A DNA stretch of 64,000 bases. It comes from Verrucomicrobiota bacterium. Its GTDB lineage: Bacteria > Verrucomicrobiota > Verrucomicrobiia > Chthoniobacterales > Terrimicrobiaceae. Where the stretch lies: assembly GCA_018970255.1 (NCBI GenBank), contig JAGWWS010000005.1:12876-76875 (forward strand), written 5' to 3'. Of the stretch, positions 1-9,530 are shown piece after piece. Within the stretch, counting starts at the first letter, position 1. The number at the start of each line of letters is the position of its first letter. The translations under genes and the position numbers were made by a program. Under the pieces are notes generated by a model. It was not told the origin of the DNA. It searched no databases and worked only from the letters and a program-made list of their open reading frames with translations.

Positions 1-430
1 CATTTCCGCCGGAGTCCACATAGTCCCCGTAAAGATTCGAAACATGGTGTTTGTTTTTTTGAATGATTTTGAAATTTCCCGTCGGCGTTCCGTAGCCCTC
101 GCGTCCGGTGGAAACCGGCGAACGCCCGACCTCCTGCCCGCCCTTGTAAAAAAACGCCGTCTGTGAGCCGAGATCGATGGTGATGGAAGGTGCCCCGAGA
201 ATCCCGTCCCCGGACCACGTCCAATCCTGCCGCGGAGTAGCCGCCGGCCGCGCTCCCGAGGTCGAGGAAAAAACGATTTGGTTGTCCTCGGTGAGATAAG
301 CCGTCGAATAAACCGAAATCCGAGGCCGCCCGGCATCGCCCACTCCGGACGAGGAACAGCCGGCCAGAAAAATGGTGACAACGGCCGCGAGAGCGGCGGC
401 GATTCGCAATGGAACATTTGCAACCCACAT
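1..430 (-). CDS. L,D-transpeptidase (YkuD domain) lipoprotein, partial: 5' end in window, 3' end runs off the left edge
   Basis: Own translation of the minus strand from the ATG (cat at 428-430). It gives MWVANVPLRIAAALAAVVTIFLAGCSS (signal peptide plus lipobox LAGC), then ITIDLGSQTAFFYKGGQEVGRSPVSTGREGYGTPTGNFKIIQKNKHHVSNLYGDYVDSGGN, which is a YkuD-type signature. The frame stays open to position 1, so it is absent from the ORF track. Confidence 0.6.
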   Translation of the reverse strand, partial: MWVANVPLRIAAALAAVVTIFLAGCSSSGVGDAGRPRISVYSTAYLTEDNQIVFSSTSGARPAATPRQDWTWSGDGILGAPSITIDLGSQTAFFYKGGQEVGRSPVSTGREGYGTPTGNFKIIQKNKHHVSNLYGDYVDSGGN

Positions 431-451
431 GGGAGTGGCCGCACAAACTAA

Positions 452-1597
<1,146 letters not shown>

Positions 1598-1618
1598 CGA
1601 AACGATCCGATTGATTGA

Positions 1619-1691
1619 CCACAGAGGACACAGAGAACACGGAGGAAGCTAAAACCTCTGTGCGCTCTGTGAACTCTGTGGTCATTTTTTT
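1619..1691 (+). repeat. REP-like imperfect palindrome (CACAGAG-rich arms) followed by a T7 run; possible intrinsic terminator/attenuator between gap and pgk
   Basis: Left arm ccacagaggacacagagaacacggagg (1619-1645), loop aagctaaaa, right arm cctctgtgcgctctgtgaactctgtgg (1655-1681). 22 of 27 positions pair. ttttttt follows at 1685-1691. The 13-mer ccacagaggacac recurs at 13122-13134. Confidence 0.5.
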
Positions 1692-1703
1692 GAAACACCC
1701 GCT

Positions 1704-2942
1704 ATGAAAAAATCCATCAAAGACATCGACCTCTCTGGCAAACGCGTCCTCATGCGCGTCGATTTCAATGTCCCACAGGACAAAGCCACCGGCGCCATCA
1801 CAAACACCCAGCGCATCGTCGCCGCCCTCCCCACGATCCAATACGCGCTCGACCAAGGCGCCAGCGTCGTCCTGATGAGCCACCTCGGACGCCCGAACGG
1901 CAGCCGCGTCGCCAAATACTCTCTCAAGCCCGTCGCCGAAAAACTCTCCGAACTCCTCGGGCGCCCCGTCCGTTTCCTCGACGATTGCGTCGGCCTCGAG
2001 GTCGAGTCCGCCTGTGCGCACATGAAGCCCGGCGAAGTCACGCTCCTCGAAAACCTCCGCTTCCATATCGAGGAAGAGGGCAAAGCCAAAAACGAGGACG
2101 GCACCTCCACCAAAGCCGCGCCGCACGATGTCGAAACCTTCCGCGCCAGCCTCACCAAGCTCGGCGACATCTTCGTCACCGACGCCTTCGGCACCGCCCA
2201 CCGCGCGCATTCATCGGTCGTTGGCGTCGCCCTCCCGAAAGTCGCGGGCTTCCTCATGCAGAAGGAACTCGACGCCTTCTCCGCGGTCCTCGACAACCCG
2301 AAGCGCCCGCTTCTCGCCATCCTGGGCGGCGCGAAAATCGCCGACAAAATCCCGCTCATCCGCAACCTCATCGAGCGCGCCGACGAAATCATCATCGGCG
2401 GCGGCATGGCCTACACCTTCAAGAAGGTCCTCGAAAACATGCCCATCGGCAACAGCCTCTTCGACGCCGAAGGCGCCAAAATCGTGGGCGAGTTGATGGA
2501 AAAAGCCAAAGCCCGCGGCGTGAAAATCCACCTCCCCGTGGACTACATCACCGCCGACAAATTCGCCCCCGACGCCACCACCGGCTCGGCCGACGACTCC
2601 ACCGGCATCCCCGACGGGCTTGAGGGGTTGGATTGCGGCCCCAAGTCCCGCCAAATTTTCGCCGACGCCATCGCCCGCGCGCGCACCATCATTTGGAACG
2701 GCCCGGCCGGCGTCTTTGAATTTGAAAAATTCGCCGAAGGCACGAAATCCATGGCCGCCGCCGTGGCCCAAGCCACCGCGAACGGAGCCATCACCGTGGT
2801 CGGGGGAGGGGACACCGCCACCGCCGCGAAGAAATTCGGTGTCGCCGACAAAGTCACCCACTGCAGCACCGGCGGAGGCGCCTCCCTCGAACTCCTCGAA
2901 GGCAAAACCCTCCCCGGCGTGGCCGCCCTCGACGAAAAATAG
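1704..2942 (+). CDS. pgk: Phosphoglycerate kinase
   Basis: 412 aa. Typical PGK N-terminus [12 protein letters not shown], and C-terminal [11 protein letters not shown] ... [14 protein letters not shown]. Confidence 0.95.
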   Translation: MKKSIKDIDLSGKRVLMRVDFNVPQDKATGAITNTQRIVAALPTIQYALDQGASVVLMSHLGRPNGSRVAKYSLKPVAEKLSELLGRPVRFLDDCVGLEVESACAHMKPGEVTLLENLRFHIEEEGKAKNEDGTSTKAAPHDVETFRASLTKLGDIFVTDAFGTAHRAHSSVVGVALPKVAGFLMQKELDAFSAVLDNPKRPLLAILGGAKIADKIPLIRNLIERADEIIIGGGMAYTFKKVLENMPIGNSLFDAEGAKIVGELMEKAKARGVKIHLPVDYITADKFAPDATTGSADDSTGIPDGLEGLDCGPKSRQIFADAIARARTIIWNGPAGVFEFEKFAEGTKSMAAAVAQATANGAITVVGGGDTATAAKKFGVADKVTHCSTGGGASLELLEGKTLPGVAALDEK

Positions 2943-2969
2943 CCCACAGCTGCAATCCGGCTTGGTGTT

Positions 2970-3533
2970 TTGAAAACCCTGCACGCCCCATGCGCCCCGG
3001 CAGTCCGGTCCACCGCATGGGGCGCTGCGTTTTTTGCGGTGTGCCTGCTCTTTTCGGGCTGCGCCGGCCCGCAAGTCCGTAAAATCCACACCACGGCCTA
3101 CTGCGCCTGCGAGTCGTGTTGCGAGTGGGAGCGGGGGAGTTGGAAATACCTGAAGCTCGATTTTTGGAACAGGTATGTCGCCAAAGGCAACCGCAAGGGC
3201 AAACCCTACACCGGCCTCACCGCCAGTGGAACCAAGCCCCGCGTTCCCGAGCCGGGATTGTTCTCCGGCGACAGCCTCGCCCGCCCGTGGGGCATACCGT
3301 TCAAAATCCTGTTCCCATGGCGCATCCTGCCGCGCGACGGGACGATTGCCGCCGATACGCGCTACTACCCGTTCGGCACGCGCATGCACGTGCCCGGCTA
3401 CGGATGGGGCGTCGTTGAGGACCGCGGCGGCGCGATCAAGGGCCCGAACCGCATCGACCTCTTCCACACGAATCATGCCCAAGCCCTCAAGTGGGGCAGG
3501 CAGGACCGGTTGGTGACGATTTATAGCCCCTAA
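2970..3533 (+). CDS. 3D-domain (MltA/RlpA-like) lipoprotein
   Basis: TTG start. Signal peptide with lipobox LFSGC. The C-terminus DGTIAADTRYYPFGTRMHVPGYGWGVVEDRGGAIKGPNRIDLF matches the three-Asp 3D domain pattern. Confidence 0.65.
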   Translation: MKTLHAPCAPAVRSTAWGAAFFAVCLLFSGCAGPQVRKIHTTAYCACESCCEWERGSWKYLKLDFWNRYVAKGNRKGKPYTGLTASGTKPRVPEPGLFSGDSLARPWGIPFKILFPWRILPRDGTIAADTRYYPFGTRMHVPGYGWGVVEDRGGAIKGPNRIDLFHTNHAQALKWGRQDRLVTIYSP

Positions 3534-3609
3534 GCGAGCGTGCCAAGCGCCCGCGGATCCTTTGCTGGAGCGGATCAGTAGTCTTTTTTAAAAAAGCGCA
3601 CAAAAAATC

Positions 3610-3636
3610 TAAAGGGGCGCATCTTTGCTCCGATAC
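3610..3636 (+). promoter_or_regulatory. Sigma28 (FliA) promoter of the flagellin gene
   Basis: TAAAGGGG-N11-TCCGATAC, against the consensus TAAAGTTT-N11-GCCGATAA. taaa is at 3610-3613 and ccgata at 3630-3635. It sits about 97 nt upstream of the flagellin ATG. Confidence 0.7.
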
Positions 3637-3732
3637 TATGGGAACAGGTAAAACTACCTCACCAGTGAGGCCAGACACTGAACCAAAGTGGCCCGACCGC
3701 GGAACGGACTCCGCAAATAGAAAGACACGGAT

Positions 3733-4551
3733 ATGTCAGTAGTTATCAACACCAACACGCCCGCCTCCCTGGCGAGCTATAACCTCAGCACCACCAACGC
3801 GAACCTCCAGCGCAGCCTCAACCGGCTCTCCAGCGGTTCCCGTATCAATTCATCCTTCGACGATGCCGCCGGCAACTCTGTTGCGATGAAGTTCAACGCT
3901 TCTATCAAACGCACAGACGCCACCTTGGCCAACGTCAACAACGCCCTTTCATTCCTGGCCACCCAGGACGGGGTTTTGAAAAATGCGGACAAGATTCTCA
4001 ACCGCATCTCTGAGCTGGCCACGCTTGCTCAAGATGTGACGAAGACCACTGCAGACCTGACCCTCTACCAGGACGAAGTTTCGATTCTTCAAGACCAACT
4101 CGGCCTGATGCTCAGCGAGCAGTTCAACGGAATCAATCTGTTCGGCGCCGGCTCGACGTCCGACATGACTGTGGTCACCTCCCACGACGGTGCCCAGACA
4201 GTTGGGATTACCCAGTCCGACTTGGCCACTCTGGATACAACAGTGGACGCATATGACGTGAGCACTACCGCTGGAGCAGCGGCAGCTGTCATCGCCATCC
4301 AAGACGATATCCAAACATTGGCGAACTACCGTGCGGTCAACGGTGCACAGCAATCGCGCCTGACCTTCGCGGCGGACATGCTGTCGATCAACAAGGTGAA
4401 CCTCGAGGCCTCTGTGAGCCGCATTCAGGATGTGGACGTGGCCGACGAGAGCACCAAGCTCGCCCGCTACAACATCCTGCAGCAGGCTGGCACGGCGATG
4501 CTCGCCCAGGCGAATCAATCGACCCAGTCGATCCTTCGCTTGCTCAGCTAA
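3733..4551 (+). CDS. fliC: Flagellin (short form, D0/D1 only)
   Basis: 272 aa. N-terminal INTNTPASLASYNL...LQRSLNRLSSGSRINSSFDDAAG and C-terminal AVNGAQQSRL...SRIQDVDVADESTKLARYNILQQAGTAMLAQANQSTQSILRLL are the conserved flagellin N and C domains. Confidence 0.95.
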   Translation: MSVVINTNTPASLASYNLSTTNANLQRSLNRLSSGSRINSSFDDAAGNSVAMKFNASIKRTDATLANVNNALSFLATQDGVLKNADKILNRISELATLAQDVTKTTADLTLYQDEVSILQDQLGLMLSEQFNGINLFGAGSTSDMTVVTSHDGAQTVGITQSDLATLDTTVDAYDVSTTAGAAAAVIAIQDDIQTLANYRAVNGAQQSRLTFAADMLSINKVNLEASVSRIQDVDVADESTKLARYNILQQAGTAMLAQANQSTQSILRLLS

Positions 4552-4573
4552 GGGTAGGTCGATTCGAAATCAC

Positions 4574-4610
4574 AAAAAACCGGAGGGGAGTTTCTTCCCT
4601 CCGGTTTTTT
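4574..4610. terminator. Bidirectional intrinsic terminator downstream of flagellin
   Basis: aaaaaa, then stem ccggaggg (4580-4587), loop gagtttctt, stem ccctccgg (4597-4604), then tttttt (4605-4610). Confidence 0.8.
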
Positions 4611-5040
4611 AGTTTACCAAATTGTAGCCGGCGCGGCTTTTCGGGGCCGGGGTTTGTGCGGGCGGGGCGGGGGCTTTGAAGACGTGGATTTCGCCGGTGC
4701 CTTGCGTGCTCGATTCCGGCGAAGCGAATGCCGCGATGAGAAGAATGATCAGCGCCCGGAAACAAGGTGCGATGCCCGAAGGCATGGGGGCTATATGCCC
4801 GAAAGGGAGGCCTCCGCCGGGGGAAAAGCGCTTCAGGCGATGGGCTTGAGGAAGGGGGCGACGACGCAGGAGAGGGCGAGTGTGGAGAGGAGGATGAAGG
4901 CGAGGATCGGGAGGATCATGGGGAAAAATAATCCCAATTTTTCCGTGTGCAAATGGACGGCGGGAAAATTTTTTCGGCGGGAGCTTAAAAATCTTTCTCG
5001 CGGGCTTCGAAGGCTTCAGAAAGCAGGGAGGAGTCTTTGA

Positions 5041-5592
5041 ATGACCAAATATCGGACCAAGATTGACGGGGCGTTTTTGCTGAGGCCGCGGGTTTTCGGG
5101 GATGCGCGAGGGTTTTTTCTGGAGAGCTGGAACAAAGAGACTTTTGCCAAGCTCGGTATCAACGGCGATTTTGTTCAGGACAATCACAGCCGGTCCACGA
5201 AGTATGTTTTGCGCGGTCTGCATTATCAGTCCGGCGATGCGGCGCAGGGGAAGTTGGTGTGGGTCACATCGGGGACGGTGTTTGATGTGCTGGTGGATTT
5301 GCGCCAGGGGTCGAAAACTTTCGGTCGGTGGGATGGCTACATGCTGACGAGCGAGGCGCACGAGAGGTTGTGGGTGCCGCCGGGATGCGCGCACGGGTTT
5401 TTGGTGCTGAGCGAGGTGGCGGATTTTCACTACAAGTGCACGAATTATTACCAACCGGAGACCGAACGGGCCTTGCTGTGGAATGATGCAACGGTGGGGG
5501 TGGAGTGGCCGTTGCCGGTGGGGATCGACCCGATCGTTTCGCCCAAGGATGCGGCGGCGGCGGACTTTGCGAGTTGCGAGAAGTATTCTTGA
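5041..5592 (+). CDS. rfbC: dTDP-4-dehydrorhamnose 3,5-epimerase
   Basis: 183 aa. FGDARGFFLESWN, RGLHYQ, KLVWVTSGTVFDVLVDLR and LWVPPGCAHGF are classic RmlC cupin motifs. Confidence 0.9.
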   Translation: MTKYRTKIDGAFLLRPRVFGDARGFFLESWNKETFAKLGINGDFVQDNHSRSTKYVLRGLHYQSGDAAQGKLVWVTSGTVFDVLVDLRQGSKTFGRWDGYMLTSEAHERLWVPPGCAHGFLVLSEVADFHYKCTNYYQPETERALLWNDATVGVEWPLPVGIDPIVSPKDAAAADFASCEKYS

Positions 5593-5613
5593 GCGCGGGA
5601 GCGGAGGGATGAT

Positions 5614-6816
5614 TTGAAGCGTCACGATTTTTTGGTCATCGGCGGCGGGATCGTGGGGCTCGCGGTGGCGCGGGAGATTTTGCTGCGGAAGCCGGGAGCG
5701 GCGGTTTGTGCGCTGGAGAAGGAGGACGGGCCGGGGCGGCATCAGAGCACGCACAACAGCGGTGTTTTGCATTGCGGGCTTTATTACAAACCGGGCTCGT
5801 TGAAGGCGCGGTTGGCGGTGGGCGGGATTCGGTTGATGACGAGGTTTTGTGCCGAGCAGGGAATCGCACACGAGATTTGCGGGAAGGTGGTGGTGGCAGC
5901 GGATGAAAATGAAGTCGTGCGCTTGCGCGATCTTCAGGAACGCGGGATTCAAAACGGGCTCGAGGGTCTGGAGTGGCTCGACGCGGAGCGCCTGCGTGAA
6001 ATCGAGCCGCATGCGGCGGGCGTGGCGGCGCTGCGGGTTCCGCAGGAGGGAATCGTGGATTACGGCGGAGTTTGCGAAGCGCTGGTGCGGGAGATCGAGC
6101 GGCTGGGCGGGACTTTTCAGAAAAACGCGCGCGTGTTTGCGATTCAGGACAATCTTGGAGGTTGGGTTTTGGAGACGACGGCCGGGGAGTTCGAGGGGGA
6201 TTACTTGGTGAACTGTGCGGGGTTGTTCAGCGACCGGATTGCGAAGCTGGCTGGAGCGCCGAGCGACATTCGCATTGTTCCGTTTCGCGGGGAGTATTTT
6301 CAACTCGCGGCCGGGGCGCGGCATTTGGTGAGGCACTTGATTTATCCGGTGCCGGATCCCGCGTTCCCGTTTCTGGGTGTGCATTTCACGCGGTTGATTC
6401 ACGGCGGCATCGAGGCGGGGCCGAATGCGGTTCTGGCGCTGGCGCGGGAGGGATATCGCAAGACGGACATCCATCCGCTCGAGGCGGCGGAGACGCTGGC
6501 GTTTCCGGGACTGTGGAATTTTTTGAGGCGGTATCCTTTGATGGTTTGGGATGAGGGCAAGCGGTCGCTGAGCAAAAAGCTTTTTGCGGAGTCGCTACAA
6601 AAATTGGTGCCGGAAATTCGCGAGGAGCATCTCGCACCGGGAGGGGCGGGGGTTCGGGCGCAGGCTATGACGCGGGACGGGCAACTCGTGCAGGATTTTT
6701 GCCTGTTGCAAAAACCCCGCGCGCTTCATGTGGTCAACGCGCCGAGTCCCGCGGCGACGGCTTCGTTGGCGATCGCGGAGGAGATTGTGGGGAGGATCGG
6801 ATTGCGGGGTTTGTAG
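5614..6816 (+). CDS. lhgO: L-2-hydroxyglutarate oxidase/dehydrogenase (FAD-dependent)
   Basis: 400 aa with a TTG start. DFLVIGGGIVGLAVA dinucleotide fold. HQSTHNSGVLHCGLYYKPGSLKA resembles the E. coli LhgO (YgaF) N-terminal region. Confidence 0.8.
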   Translation: MKRHDFLVIGGGIVGLAVAREILLRKPGAAVCALEKEDGPGRHQSTHNSGVLHCGLYYKPGSLKARLAVGGIRLMTRFCAEQGIAHEICGKVVVAADENEVVRLRDLQERGIQNGLEGLEWLDAERLREIEPHAAGVAALRVPQEGIVDYGGVCEALVREIERLGGTFQKNARVFAIQDNLGGWVLETTAGEFEGDYLVNCAGLFSDRIAKLAGAPSDIRIVPFRGEYFQLAAGARHLVRHLIYPVPDPAFPFLGVHFTRLIHGGIEAGPNAVLALAREGYRKTDIHPLEAAETLAFPGLWNFLRRYPLMVWDEGKRSLSKKLFAESLQKLVPEIREEHLAPGGAGVRAQAMTRDGQLVQDFCLLQKPRALHVVNAPSPAATASLAIAEEIVGRIGLRGL

Positions 6817-6859
6817 CGAAGTTGGTTTGGAGATTCGGCGGTCATAGACCGCCGCTACA
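6812..6859. repeat. REP-type nested palindrome abutting the lhgO stop codon
   Basis: The outer arms are tgtagcg (6812-6818) and cgctaca (6853-6859). The inner perfect hairpin is cggcggtc-ata-gaccgccg (6836-6854). Its translation GGHRPPLQ appears in the spurious ORF 6699..7199. Confidence 0.55.
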
Positions 6860-6970
6860 GGCAGAAGTGGTTTTTGAAGAAGGTTATAAGATTTTTTTGA
6901 AAAATTTTGAAAAAAAGTCCTTGCGGTTCGGCGGGGGGTTGATACTTTCCTCATCGTTCTGGGGGGAACA

Positions 6971-7013
6971 GCAGCCCGTTGAAGCAATCGTTTCGACGGG
7001 CTGCAACTTTTTT
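6971..7013 (+). terminator. Intrinsic terminator (plus orientation) in the lhgO/murJ convergent gap
   Basis: Stem gcagcccgt (6971-6979), 16-nt loop, stem acgggctgc (6996-7004), then aactttttt. The T-run overlaps the murJ stop codon. Confidence 0.6.
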
Positions 7014-8595
7014 AGGGTCGGAGCTTTTTCCGCAGGATGGCGAGCATGGCGCGGGGTTCCTCGACTTTCAGCAGCAGGCATGCGCCGAGGTAGGCGCCGC
7101 CGGCGAGGGCGATGGTGCCGAGCACGCGCACACTGGAGGCAAGGACCGACGGACCGGGCAGGATGCCGGGGAGCGTGGCGTTTGCCCAAATGCATATGAG
7201 GGCGAGGGGCACGGTTGCGGCGAGGCAACGGAGGAGGGTGGAGAGGAATTTCGTGGAATCGAGCGTGCCGGCGGCGGGGCGCATGAGGAGGTAGAGGGTG
7301 GCGATGTTCAGGACGGCGCAGAGCGAGGTGGAGAGCGCGAGCCCGCGGTGGCCGAGGCCGAGGCGGAACATGAAGAGCCAGTTCAGGGCGAGGTTCAGGG
7401 CGACGGCGCCGAAGCTGACGAGCATGGGGGTCCATTTGCGGTCGATGGCGTAGAAGGCTGGGGAGAGGACTTTGATGCAGGAGTAGGCGACGAGGCCGAG
7501 GGCGTAGTATTGGAGGGCGAGTGCGGTTTGGAGGGTGTCGGCGGCGCGGAATTGGCCGTGCTGGTAGACGAGCGCGATGACGGGTTCGGCCATGAACCAG
7601 AGGCCGGCGGCGGAGGGGATGGTGAGGAAGAGCGCGAGGCGCATGGCGCGGCCGAGGGTGGGGCCGAAGCGGGAGCGGTCGGTATCGGCGGCGATGCGCG
7701 AGACAACGGGGAGGGTGATGGTGGCGACGGCGACGCCAAAGACTCCGATGGGGAGCTGCATGAGGCGGAAGGCGCTGTTCAGCCAAGTGACGGCTTCGGC
7801 GCCGGCGTAGGAGGCGAAGCGGGAATTCACAAGGACATTGATTTGGACGGCGCTGGCGGCGATGACCGAGGGGACCATCAGGACGAGGATTTTTTTGATG
7901 CCCGGGTCGAGCCAGCGGAAATCCGGGCGGAAGCGGAGGCCAGCGCGGCGGAGGCTGGGGATTTGGATTCCGAGCTGGAGGAGGCCGCCGAGTAGGGTGC
8001 CGATGGCGAGGCCGGCGAGGGCGTTTTTCCCGAACGAGGGGTCGATGAGCCAGCCGAAGGCGATGCCGCCGGCGATGGAGCCGATGTTGAAGAAGCTGGA
8101 GGCGAGCGCGGGTGCGGTGAAGATTTGGCGGGAATTCAGGATGCCCATCGCGAGGGCGGCGAGGGAAACCAGGAGGATGAACGGATACATGATCCGGGTG
8201 AGGAGGATGGTGAAGGCGGCTTCGGTTTCCGAGAACCCGGGGGCGAGGAGGTGGACAAGGGGTCCGGCGAAGAGGATTCCAAGGAGGCTGACCGCGCTCA
8301 TGAAGACGGAGGTGAGGGTGAGCATTTTCGAGGCGAGCCCCCAGGCGCCGCCGTTGCCTTCCTTTTCGATTTTTTGGGAGAAGACGGTGATGAATGCGGT
8401 GGAGAGCGCGCCTTCGGCAAAGAGGTCGCGCAGGAGGTTCGGGAGCCGGAAGGCGATGAGGAAAAGCCCCATGGCGGCGGTGCCGAAGATGGCGTTGAAG
8501 AGGACTTCGCGCACGAGGCCGAGGAGGCGGCTCAACATGACGGCGGCGGCGATGATGCCGCTGGCGCGGGTGTTGAGCGTTTTGCCGTCGTTCAT
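7012..8595 (-). CDS. murJ: Lipid II flippase MurJ (MviN)
   Basis: 527 aa polytopic membrane protein. The N-terminus SRLLGLVREVLFNAIFGT...AFRLPNLLRDLFAEGALSTAFITVF is the MurJ/MviN signature. Confidence 0.9.
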   Translation of the reverse strand: MNDGKTLNTRASGIIAAAVMLSRLLGLVREVLFNAIFGTAAMGLFLIAFRLPNLLRDLFAEGALSTAFITVFSQKIEKEGNGGAWGLASKMLTLTSVFMSAVSLLGILFAGPLVHLLAPGFSETEAAFTILLTRIMYPFILLVSLAALAMGILNSRQIFTAPALASSFFNIGSIAGGIAFGWLIDPSFGKNALAGLAIGTLLGGLLQLGIQIPSLRRAGLRFRPDFRWLDPGIKKILVLMVPSVIAASAVQINVLVNSRFASYAGAEAVTWLNSAFRLMQLPIGVFGVAVATITLPVVSRIAADTDRSRFGPTLGRAMRLALFLTIPSAAGLWFMAEPVIALVYQHGQFRAADTLQTALALQYYALGLVAYSCIKVLSPAFYAIDRKWTPMLVSFGAVALNLALNWLFMFRLGLGHRGLALSTSLCAVLNIATLYLLMRPAAGTLDSTKFLSTLLRCLAATVPLALICIWANATLPGILPGPSVLASSVRVLGTIALAGGAYLGACLLLKVEEPRAMLAILRKKLRP

Positions 8596-9530
8596 TTGGC
8601 GGCGGCCTTGCGCAGGCGTTCCATGATGGCGGCGCCGATGCCGGCCTCGGGGACGGGCTCGGCGACGATGCGGTCGAGGCCGGCTTCGTCGAGGCGGCGC
8701 ATGGCCCCGTAGAGGTTGGCGGCGGCTTCGCGGGGGTTTTGCGAGTGGCTGTAAAATTCGGTGAGGAAAAACCCGGGCGGGTTTTGCGACCAGGCGAGCA
8801 GGCCGTCGCGGGGGCCGAGGGGCTGGGGATTTTTTTCGATGAACAATGGCGTGCGAGGCGCGTAGTGGCTTTTCATCGAACCGGGCGTGGCAATGTCGCT
8901 GGATTGAGGGGTCTCGACGGGCGCGAAGGCGCGGAGGTCTTCGGCGGTGACGGGGCCTTGGCGGAGGATTTCGATGCGGCCGGGGTGGACGAGTGCGATG
9001 GTTGATTCAATGCCGTGGGCGCAGGGTCCGCCATCGAGGATGAGGGGGATTCGCCCATCGAGTTCCGCAAGGACATGGGCTGCGGTGGTGGGGCTGATGC
9101 GGCCGAAGCGGTTGGCGCTGGGGGCGGCGAGGGGCCGGGCGAAGCTGGATGCAACGAGGGCGAAATCGGGCTGGGCGCTCCAGCGGATGGCGACGGTTTC
9201 CTGGCCGGCGGTGGTGATGTCGGGGACGATGGGATTCCTTGGCAGGACGAGGGTGAGGGGGCCTGGCCAGAATTTTTCCGCGAGTGCCTCGGCGAGTGGT
9301 GTGGTGGCGGCGAGCCGGGGGAGCCAATTGGCGGAGGGGATGTGGACGATGAGGGGGTCCGAGAGCGGGCGTTCCTTCGCCTCGAAAATTTTTGCGCAGG
9401 CGGCGGGGTTGAGGGCGTCGGCGGCGAGACCGTAAACGGTTTCGGTGGGGAGTGCGACCGGTTCGCTGGCGGCCAGCAAGGAGAGGGCTTCACCGAGTCC
9501 GTCCTTGGGCGTGGCGACGCGGGTTTTCAA
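8592..9530 (-). CDS. tsaC: L-threonylcarbamoyladenylate synthase (Sua5/YwlC-type TsaC)
   Basis: C-terminal 312 codons of ORF 8592..9968. Contains [14 protein letters not shown] and [12 protein letters not shown] (YrdC domain) plus a Sua5 C-terminal domain. I place the start at TTG 9530, overlapping the purE stop (TTGA). The upstream 146 codons are Arg/Pro-rich and overlap purE. The stop overlaps the murJ ATG (ATGA). Confidence 0.8.
   Translation of the reverse strand: MKTRVATPKDGLGEALSLLAASEPVALPTETVYGLAADALNPAACAKIFEAKERPLSDPLIVHIPSANWLPRLAATTPLAEALAEKFWPGPLTLVLPRNPIVPDITTAGQETVAIRWSAQPDFALVASSFARPLAAPSANRFGRISPTTAAHVLAELDGRIPLILDGGPCAHGIESTIALVHPGRIEILRQGPVTAEDLRAFAPVETPQSSDIATPGSMKSHYAPRTPLFIEKNPQPLGPRDGLLAWSQNPPGFFLTEFYSHSQNPREAAANLYGAMRRLDEAGLDRIVAEPVPEAGIGAAIMERLRKAAAK

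Noticed and set aside
2943-2969. Riboswitch (e.g. cyclic-di-AMP ydaO-type) upstream of the 3D-domain cell-wall gene
   Set aside because: The spacer after pgk is only 27 nt, which is far too short for any known riboswitch aptamer.
4609-6474. 621-aa minus-strand ORF covering rfbC and lhgO
   Set aside because: It is extremely Arg/Pro/His-rich and low-complexity, and antisense to two genes with unmistakable family motifs. This is a typical open antisense frame in a high-GC genome. Only its last 58 codons are discussed, as a weak small-ORF candidate.
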